The position numbers were made by a program, and so were the translations under genes. DNA of 64,000 nt from Patescibacteria group bacterium (lineage in GTDB: Bacteria > Patescibacteriota > Microgenomatia > UBA1406 > GWC2-37-13): positions 22,558-86,557 of the forward strand of contig JBBTSR010000001.1 in the NCBI GenBank assembly GCA_038064615.1, read 5' to 3'. Shown here piece after piece: positions 46,005-53,007 of this stretch. Under the pieces are notes generated by a model. That model did no database searches, was not told where the DNA came from, and saw only the letters and a program-made list of their open reading frames with translations. Positions within the stretch are counted from its first letter, which is position 1, and each line of letters begins with the position of its first letter.

Positions 46005-47339
46005 ATGTCCTTATTATCCTCTTACTGGGATGGGTTTATAGAGAAACTGGAAAAAAACAAAGATAATGATCCGGTTATATATCCCCTGTTAAAACATGCA
46101 AGGATTATCAAACTAATTGACGACAAAATAGTTCTCTCCGTAGCCAGTCCCGCAGCCTATGATTTTTTAGAAAAAAGAACGGACAAAATTGAAACTGATT
46201 TTTTTAATCATTCTCAAAAGAAAATTGAAATAGAGTTCATCGTAAAGATGCCATCTAAAAAAACTATCGTCGCTCCCCTCCTCTCTTTTGAACCAAGTAT
46301 TGAGGATGTTTTTGCTAAGGCCGGATTAAATAAAAAATATAGTTTTGATAATTTTGCTGTTTCTACCTCAAATCAAGTTGCTTATGCAGCTGCTCAAGCC
46401 GTAGTTGAAAATCTCGGCAGTGCCTACAACCCTTTATTTTTGTACGGAGGAGTTGGCGTCGGAAAGACCCACATAGCTCAATCTGTAGCTAAAAAAATCT
46501 TAGAGGAGGACCGAAATAAAAAAATATATTTTTGTCCCGGTGATAATTTTACTAATGAATTAATTGAGTCAATTCGAGGAAAAACTACCGGACATTTTCG
46601 AAAGAAATACCGCTATTTAAACTTACTTATTGTTGATGATATCCAGTTTATTGCCGGTAAAAATGCTGTTCAAGAAGAATTTTTTCACACTTTTAATGCA
46701 ATTGTATCGTCCGGAGGCCAGATCATCTTAACTTCTGACCGCCCCCCAAGCGCAATTAAGAATTTAGAGAATCGTCTTCACTCGAGGTTTTTAGGCGGAC
46801 TAACAATTGATATCCAATCCCCAGATTTTGAGTTAAGATCGGCTATTTTATTAATCAAAGCTAAAGAAAAAGGCATTAATATTGATATTGATGCCGTTAA
46901 AATTATTGCTGAAAGAATCACTGATTGTAGGGGTCTTGAAGGAGCTCTTCTTTCTATTTACGCTAAAGTTTTTGGGGTTAAGGAACAGATTGATTTAGAA
47001 GCGGTGGAATCGTTTTTTTCCAAAGATAATGGGGGGAATAAAAAAAGAGTTAATCCGATTGATGTAATAAAAACAGTTTGTTCTTTTTATAATATTAAAC
47101 AGTCTCATCTTAAGAGCCCATCAAGGACTGCCTCTATTGCTTTTTATAGACAGATTACTATGTATCTTCTCCAAAAAGAATTAGATTTAACTTTAATCGA
47201 AGTGGCGGAAACTCTAAATAGAAAAGATCATACAACCGCCCTCCACGCCAAACAAAAAATTGGCAACCTTATTCTTCACGACCCAAATCTAAAAAAAGAG
47301 ATTGATATAATAACCCAATCATTATTTCAACCAACATAG
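46005..47339 (+). CDS. dnaA: chromosomal replication initiator DnaA
   Basis: 444 aa. Walker A GGVGVGKTHIAQS, LIVDDIQFIAGK, and domain IV ...IAFYRQITMYLL...HTTALHA.... Confidence 0.95.
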   Translation: MSLLSSYWDGFIEKLEKNKDNDPVIYPLLKHARIIKLIDDKIVLSVASPAAYDFLEKRTDKIETDFFNHSQKKIEIEFIVKMPSKKTIVAPLLSFEPSIEDVFAKAGLNKKYSFDNFAVSTSNQVAYAAAQAVVENLGSAYNPLFLYGGVGVGKTHIAQSVAKKILEEDRNKKIYFCPGDNFTNELIESIRGKTTGHFRKKYRYLNLLIVDDIQFIAGKNAVQEEFFHTFNAIVSSGGQIILTSDRPPSAIKNLENRLHSRFLGGLTIDIQSPDFELRSAILLIKAKEKGINIDIDAVKIIAERITDCRGLEGALLSIYAKVFGVKEQIDLEAVESFFSKDNGGNKKRVNPIDVIKTVCSFYNIKQSHLKSPSRTASIAFYRQITMYLLQKELDLTLIEVAETLNRKDHTTALHAKQKIGNLILHDPNLKKEIDIITQSLFQPT

Positions 47340-47403
47340 TTTCCACTTGATTCACACATATATTTTTTTCAATTTGTTTTGTCTTGAAAATCTATCCCTT
47401 TTT

Positions 47404-47420
47404 TTATACACTTATACACA
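47404..47420 (+). promoter_or_regulatory. two overlapping near-consensus DnaA boxes (TTATACACT, TTATACACA) in the dnaA-dnaN spacer
   Basis: TTATACACA (47412-47420) has one mismatch to TTATCCACA and TTATACACT (47404-47412) has two. The spacer 47340-47459 is AT-rich. Confidence 0.45.
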
Positions 47421-47459
47421 CACTCTATTACTACTATAAATAAATTAAGAACAATAAAT

Positions 47460-48557
47460 ATGAAAATCCAATTACCCAAAAATGAGTTTTTAGAAAAACT
47501 GGAGATATCATCCCGTTTTACATCCTCTAAACTATCGTCTTTAACCTCTCTTCAAGGGGTTTGTCTCGTTGGGGAAGGAAAAATTATTCATTTTTATTCA
47601 ACAGATTTAAATTATTATTATCACTCAATATTAAAAAACGAAAGTGATGACAAGTTCAAAATAATTATTGAACCAAAAAAAATTATTGAATTTTTATCCC
47701 TTCTTCCGGAAGTAAAAATAGAAATAGAAATAAAAGAAAAGGCCATAGTTATCTCCCAGGGAAAAATAAAAGGGCAGTTCCCCCTTTTTTCTAGTCAAGA
47801 TTTTCCTTTCCCCCCAAAAAATACAAAAGAAAGACAAAAAATAAAAACCTCTTTTTTTAAAGAAAACCTACCCTTTCTTTTTTTTACTGTTTCCAACGAT
47901 GAAACAAGACCGGTTCTAACAGGAATTAACTTTGTGACCAGTGAAGAAAACCTTCAACTTGTGGCGACCGATGGTTTTAGACTTTCTATTTTAACATTAA
48001 AAAAAGGCCTCCCCTTTGCTTCAATGATTATTTCCGCGGGATTTTTAATAAACGCACAGAGGTTTATTAATCAAGAGACAGAAATTGAATTCAGCTATCT
48101 AAAAGATGAAAAGCTTTTGGCTTTTTTTATCGGGGACAATGATATTTATGCGCGAATGATCGAGGGTGAGTATCCTCCTTTTGAGAAAGTTATTCCGACC
48201 GAGAAAAAAACCACTGTGATTATTGATGCGGAGGAATTTTTAAGAAGTGTAAAGTTAGTCTCGGTTTTTTCTAAGGAGTTTTCCAATATTATAATAATGG
48301 AAGTGGAAAAAGATTCGGTAAAATTTATTCCGAAAGTTGGACAAGGAGAAGAAGATGTTGTTTATCAGGACGCGCAGATCGAAGGAGAGACGCAAAAAAT
48401 TGCCTTTAATTATAAATATTTAATTGATTTTTTAAGTCACGCTTCAAAGAAAAAAATTATAATTGAACTGTTAAGATCGGATGCTCCGGCCGTTTTTAAA
48501 ATAGAAGGGGTTAATAATTTTTTTCACATAATCATGCCGGTCCGCATACAAGAATAG
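47460..48557 (+). CDS. dnaN: DNA polymerase III beta sliding clamp
   Basis: 365 aa. ...DETRPVLTGINF...LVATDGFRLS... and C-terminal ...IMPVRI... Confidence 0.9.
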   Translation: MKIQLPKNEFLEKLEISSRFTSSKLSSLTSLQGVCLVGEGKIIHFYSTDLNYYYHSILKNESDDKFKIIIEPKKIIEFLSLLPEVKIEIEIKEKAIVISQGKIKGQFPLFSSQDFPFPPKNTKERQKIKTSFFKENLPFLFFTVSNDETRPVLTGINFVTSEENLQLVATDGFRLSILTLKKGLPFASMIISAGFLINAQRFINQETEIEFSYLKDEKLLAFFIGDNDIYARMIEGEYPPFEKVIPTEKKTTVIIDAEEFLRSVKLVSVFSKEFSNIIIMEVEKDSVKFIPKVGQGEEDVVYQDAQIEGETQKIAFNYKYLIDFLSHASKKKIIIELLRSDAPAVFKIEGVNNFFHIIMPVRIQE

Positions 48558-48635
48558 TCTGTCAAGTTCCAAGCTTTTCAAGTTTATCAAGAAAAAATCT
48601 TTATAAACTTGATGAACTTTATAACTTGATAAACT
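48558..48635. repeat. inverted block array of the 8-9-mer word family
   Basis: tctgtca agttccaag cttttca agtttatca ag aaaaaat ctttataaa cttgatgaa ctttataa cttgataaa ct. Confidence 0.75.
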
Positions 48636-48640
48636 AAGCT

Positions 48641-49267
48641 ATGGAATCATTTATTTTAGATACTAATCTGTTTTTTAACATTGGGGCAGGTCTTGGGATG
48701 GGGAAAACTACGGAAAGGATTGTTGTAAAACTTACAGAAATGATAAAAAAACTTAAAAAAAATTCAAAGGCTGTTTTTTATATGCCCCCAAGAATTGTTG
48801 ATGAATTTTTAAGTTTTTTTGAAGACAAAAATCAAGAATTCATTAAGGATTTTTTATCTGTCATAAATATTAAATCACCCAATCAGTCGGCTACAAATTT
48901 TTCCAGTCAGGTTTTTTATCGATTAGTAGAAGATATCCGCAATCGGAGCTATCGAGGATTCAATATTGCCGAAGAGGAAATTGTTAAGGCGGGCGAAATG
49001 ACAACAGGTAAAAAATTTGACTCAAAAAAAGATTTTCAAATAGCAATTGGAAAATTTGTAAAAAACTTTCGTGACCGTTATCGTAATGCGACTAGAACAG
49101 GGTTTTTAGATAGTGTAGCCGACTTGGATTTAATAGTTTTATCAAAAGAAGTTGATGGTTTTTTGGTAACCAGCGACGAAGGCGTTTTGGCCTGGGGGAG
49201 GACTTTTGGTATTAAAGAGATGCCCGCCTCAATCTTTCAGAAACGGCTTGAAGATCTTCTCCAATAG
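48641..49267 (+). CDS. PIN_5-type protein resembling HARP (homolog of Aquifex RNase P, RNA-free minimal RNase P)
   Basis: 208 aa. Blocks FILDTNLFF, AVFYMPPRIVDEF, NIKSPN, RGFNIAEEE, FRDRYRNATRTGFLDSVADLDLIVLS and GFLVTSDEGVLAWGRTFGIK occur in the order and spacing I recall for Aq_880-type proteins. Confidence 0.65.
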   Translation: MESFILDTNLFFNIGAGLGMGKTTERIVVKLTEMIKKLKKNSKAVFYMPPRIVDEFLSFFEDKNQEFIKDFLSVINIKSPNQSATNFSSQVFYRLVEDIRNRSYRGFNIAEEEIVKAGEMTTGKKFDSKKDFQIAIGKFVKNFRDRYRNATRTGFLDSVADLDLIVLSKEVDGFLVTSDEGVLAWGRTFGIKEMPASIFQKRLEDLLQ

Positions 49268-49766
49268 CAACCTCTTCTTCATCCGGGACAAGAACGGAAA
49301 CCCAATCAAGCATTTTGTCTGTAATAGTTTTTTGAGGGGTTTCTTGATAAAGAAGATGGGCGGATAAAATTGTAATTAATTTTTTCTTCATTTCATCGGT
49401 CGGGACAACTAAATAAAGATGATAGAAATATGGAGATTGGGAAACAACTGTCAGAGTATAAAAACCAAACCGTTTTCCAAAATAAAAATGAGAAAGCATT
49501 TCCCAGCGTAAAGTAACTCCAGCCGCATCAATTCCAAAAGTAGTAATCTTATTTTCTACATTTGGAGGGGGAGTAATTGTTAGGACATAAAAAATGAAAA
49601 CTAATGCCCAAATAGGAATAATTAAGATTTTATCTCCGAAAAAAAATACGATAAGAGATAATAAAAGAGCAACAGTCAAATAAAATTTAAGAATCAAGGT
49701 AGACTGCTTTTTATAAGGTCGCAAAGGTGCCTTCCATGAAAACTTTATTTGAGGATTTTCATTCAT
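49212..49766 (-). CDS. hypothetical membrane protein
   Basis: 184 aa with two adjacent TM segments. Its 3' end overlaps the convergent HARP-like gene. Confidence 0.5.
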   Translation of the reverse strand: MNENPQIKFSWKAPLRPYKKQSTLILKFYLTVALLLSLIVFFFGDKILIIPIWALVFIFYVLTITPPPNVENKITTFGIDAAGVTLRWEMLSHFYFGKRFGFYTLTVVSQSPYFYHLYLVVPTDEMKKKLITILSAHLLYQETPQKTITDKMLDWVSVLVPDEEEVAIGEDLQAVSERLRRASL

Positions 49767-49825
49767 ATAAACAAGAATACTAATAAACTTGAACTATGTC
49801 AATTATATGCTATAATAAATACTAT

Positions 49826-50185
49826 ATGGATAGTTTTAATAAGGTAATTTCATTTGTTTTGGGCTTGGTTGTCGTCTTGGTATTTTTTGCTGTGATTACA
49901 GGTAAAATTAATTTAAAAAGCAAAACATCGTCAACGACAGCTTCAAAAACAGGCGGCTTTTTTAATTTTGGTAAGGTCTCCCCTACTCCAACACCAACTC
50001 AAAAACCAACGACGATTACTGTAACAAAGACAAGCGAAAATAATCTCTATAAACAAAACAATCAGACGGCCAATACATCAACGGCAAAGTCTATTCCCGC
50101 TACCGGTTTGCCAACTTTATTTATCCCTTTACTTCTTTTTGGTTTAGTCGGGGGAAGCTTCTTAAAAAAAGTAGGGAAAAAATAA
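49826..50185 (+). CDS. small T/P-rich surface protein with a sortase-type C-terminal signal (IPATG + TM + KKVGKK)
   Basis: I place the start at ATG 49826 because TATAAT at 49811-49816 lies inside the longer track ORF. N-terminal TM and C-terminal ...SIPATGLPTLFIPLLLFGLVGGSFLKKVGKK. Confidence 0.55.
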   Translation: MDSFNKVISFVLGLVVVLVFFAVITGKINLKSKTSSTTASKTGGFFNFGKVSPTPTPTQKPTTITVTKTSENNLYKQNNQTANTSTAKSIPATGLPTLFIPLLLFGLVGGSFLKKVGKK

Positions 50186-50187
50186 TA

Positions 50188-50733
50188 TTATTCCCCAAAT
50201 CCCGGTATCTTTAATATCCCCGAGGCAATAAATTTAACAATAAAAACGGAACCTAAAGTAAAGATTAAGCCGGCAATAGCTCCGTAAATAACCCTTCTTC
50301 CATAATTAAGTTTTTCTGGATTAGCTTGTGAGGTAGCTATAGTATATGATCCATATATCAAATAAAGAAAGGCAATCCCGCCAGAAATCGAAAAAACAAT
50401 ATTTAAAAGCGATTGAACAACACCTCCAGCTGCTCCTTCTTCGGTAAAACCCTCACTGCTTTTTATACATCCTAAAAATGTATACTGGCGACCAAGAACT
50501 GGTGCGGGTGGAAGATTGGTTTCAGGGTTAACAATCAAACTTTCCTTAGTGCTTGAATCGGGATTAATGTTAGGATAAAGACATTTTTGACAAGCTTTCC
50601 AGCTTTGCGGGGCTAGATTAGGAGGACAGTATCCACAAAGATCACAGGCAGCGTAACGAGTTTGAGCCAAGACAGTATTAATAATACTGGCGGATAGTAG
50701 AAAAACCAAAATAAAGATAAGTATTTTTTTCAC
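50188..50733 (-). CDS. VirB2/TrbC-like pilin candidate with a Cys-rich N-terminal region
   Basis: 181 aa with a signal peptide. Mature part starts with CDLCGYCPP...C..C. C-terminal two-TM hairpin separated by a short polar loop. Confidence 0.45.
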   Translation of the reverse strand: MKKILIFILVFLLSASIINTVLAQTRYAACDLCGYCPPNLAPQSWKACQKCLYPNINPDSSTKESLIVNPETNLPPAPVLGRQYTFLGCIKSSEGFTEEGAAGGVVQSLLNIVFSISGGIAFLYLIYGSYTIATSQANPEKLNYGRRVIYGAIAGLIFTLGSVFIVKFIASGILKIPGFGE

Positions 50734-50781
50734 ATTTTTAGTATAGCAAAAAAACAGTCACAGCATTGTTATAATGATTTT

Positions 50782-52434
50782 ATGAAGAAATTTTTTGTTG
50801 GAGTATTTTTATTGGTAATATTTTTATCATTTTTTTTATCGGTCAGAGCGGATGAAATAGATGATATCAATAATGCGATTAATTCGCTAAAAAAAGATCT
50901 GGCAGGGGAAGAGGTAAATTACCAAAACTTATCTGCAAAGTTAAACGAAATTAAAAATAAAATAAGTAGCTTAGAGAAAGAGATAATCAAAAAAGAAATC
51001 GAGGTAAAAAAAGGTGAAGAAGCCCTAACGTATCAAAGAGAACTTCTTAATGAGAGGGCAAAATCTTATTACAAAAACGTAAATAAAAACTCAACCCTTT
51101 TTTTAAGTGTCTTAGTATCAGACGATCTGTCCTCTTCCTTAAGAAAAATTTTTTATCAAAAATCGATCGTTGACGAAGATAAAAAAATGATTATCAAAAT
51201 AGTTCTATATGTAAAAAACCTTGAAGAAATTAAAAAAAATTTAGTAACAGAAAAACTAGGATTGGCAAAATTGAAAATAGAAGTGGACAAACAGTCTGAA
51301 ATTATCGCGAGAGAAATTGCCGGCAAACGACAGGAAATTGCTGTGCTTACGGCGAGACAACAACAACTTATAGCTAGTAGAATTGCCGGGCTAAATCTTT
51401 CAAGATCGGCCGGCTCAGCAATAGAATGTGTTGATGATAGAAATTTAAACCCTGGATTTGGGACAGGTTTTGCTTTTTACACATATGGCATACCTCATAG
51501 GGTTGGATTGAATCAGTACGGAGCAAAGGGAAGAGCAGATGCTAATCAAAAATATGAAGATATTCTTAGGGCTTATTATAATTACGAATCTCTTCAAGAT
51601 ATGGACGCAAGAATAAGGGTTGATGGCCACAGTCCAGATTATTCTTTGGAAGATTATGTAAAACGAATCTATGAAATGCCTGCAGACTGGAATATGGAAG
51701 CATTGAAAGCACAGGCTATTGCCGCTCGATCATTTGCTATGGCGTACACAAATAATGGAGCGGGATCCATATGTGATTCTCAAGATTGTCAGGTTTTTCA
51801 AGATGGTGAAAAAGGTGGAAGGTGGAATGAAGCTGTTGATGCAACGAAGGGAAAAGTAATGGTTTCAGGTGGACAACCAATTAAAGCATGGTTTGCATCA
51901 ACCTTTGGAGGATATACTCATACTTCTGCTGAAGTTTGGGGAGGTTCAACTGGGTGGACAAAAAACTTTGCCGATACATCTTCCGGAGTAAGTAGTTTTT
52001 CGGAGCTTAATGAAAGGGCTTATGATAAGGAATCAAAGTGTTTTTATACTGCTCAAGGCTCGCGGGGAGAATATGGAAAATCTGCATGGCTTCGGCCGTC
52101 AGAAGTGGCAGATATTGCCAATACTCTTTTATTGGTAAAAAAAGATTCGGGTACGACCGATAATCTTTATCAAATTGATAAATCAAATCCTACAGGAAAA
52201 GAAAACTGGAACACCGATAAAGTAAAGTCAATGTTAAGTAATCCCTTTAATAGTGTAACAGATGTAAGAATAATAGGGGTAGATTTTGGGGGCGGTAGGA
52301 CAACAGAAATAGTAATAGTTGAGAATGGAAGGGAAGAAAGATTTGGAGGAGATGAATTTAAAAATAGATTTAACTTACGTGCACCCGCAAGCATTTCAAT
52401 AGTTGGGCCGCTTTTTAATGTTGAAAAGAGATGA
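50782..52434 (+). CDS. secreted coiled-coil plus SpoIID/LytB-domain peptidoglycan hydrolase (VirB1-like role candidate)
   Basis: 550 aa with a signal peptide and about 200 aa of heptad-rich region. SpoIID block ...MEALKAQAIAARSFA.... Confidence 0.7.
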   Translation: MKKFFVGVFLLVIFLSFFLSVRADEIDDINNAINSLKKDLAGEEVNYQNLSAKLNEIKNKISSLEKEIIKKEIEVKKGEEALTYQRELLNERAKSYYKNVNKNSTLFLSVLVSDDLSSSLRKIFYQKSIVDEDKKMIIKIVLYVKNLEEIKKNLVTEKLGLAKLKIEVDKQSEIIAREIAGKRQEIAVLTARQQQLIASRIAGLNLSRSAGSAIECVDDRNLNPGFGTGFAFYTYGIPHRVGLNQYGAKGRADANQKYEDILRAYYNYESLQDMDARIRVDGHSPDYSLEDYVKRIYEMPADWNMEALKAQAIAARSFAMAYTNNGAGSICDSQDCQVFQDGEKGGRWNEAVDATKGKVMVSGGQPIKAWFASTFGGYTHTSAEVWGGSTGWTKNFADTSSGVSSFSELNERAYDKESKCFYTAQGSRGEYGKSAWLRPSEVADIANTLLLVKKDSGTTDNLYQIDKSNPTGKENWNTDKVKSMLSNPFNSVTDVRIIGVDFGGGRTTEIVIVENGREERFGGDEFKNRFNLRAPASISIVGPLFNVEKR

Positions 52435-52461
52435 ACAATATTGTTATATTAAGATAATAGT

Positions 52462-53007
52462 ATGAAAATTTTTTTATCAGTGTTATTATGTGTTTTAGGT
52501 TTTATGTTTTACACTTCATCGGTTTTTGCTTTAACTTTTGATTTAATTGCTCCCACCGAGCAATTAGTAAGAGGCCAAGAAGTAAAGTTCACAATTAATA
52601 TTAACACGGAGGGAAAATCTTTATCCTCAACCTCAATTGGGATGACACATCAATCCCAATATTTAGAATTTATTTCGGTTTCGCCCGGTGATACTTTTAC
52701 GACGGTTTCGGCCGATGTTCAAGATGGAGACAAGCTTTTAATTACAGGGTCTTCGACCAGTCCATACTCAGGCTCAGGGGTATTTGCTTATGTAACTTAT
52801 AAATTAATTGCCACCGGGCCCGGGTCGACTCAACTTTGTGCCCTTTATAATCCAGCCTTAACCCCTACACCTGGACCAACATCAGCTCCGATTCCCACAT
52901 CATTACCAAAAAGCGGGGAAAGCAAATCTACTGTTCAAGGGGTTATATTAGCTTCACTTTTTTTTGTAGCTGCTGGTATCAGTCTTTTTGTTTTTAAAAA
53001 AACATGA
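52462..53007 (+). CDS. cohesin-like-domain surface protein with an LPxTG-like signal (LPKSG + TM + KKT)
   Basis: 181 aa with a signal peptide. ...FDLIAP...G.EVKFTININ... beta-rich domain, P/T linker and C-terminal sorting-signal architecture. Confidence 0.55.
   Translation: MKIFLSVLLCVLGFMFYTSSVFALTFDLIAPTEQLVRGQEVKFTININTEGKSLSSTSIGMTHQSQYLEFISVSPGDTFTTVSADVQDGDKLLITGSSTSPYSGSGVFAYVTYKLIATGPGSTQLCALYNPALTPTPGPTSAPIPTSLPKSGESKSTVQGVILASLFFVAAGISLFVFKKT

Noticed and set aside
34134-48635. Possibility that the intergenic repeat arrays are CRISPR arrays
   Set aside because: Units are only 8-10 bp, directly abutting, degenerate and arranged as inverted blocks. There are no unique spacers of 25-40 bp and no cas genes in the window.
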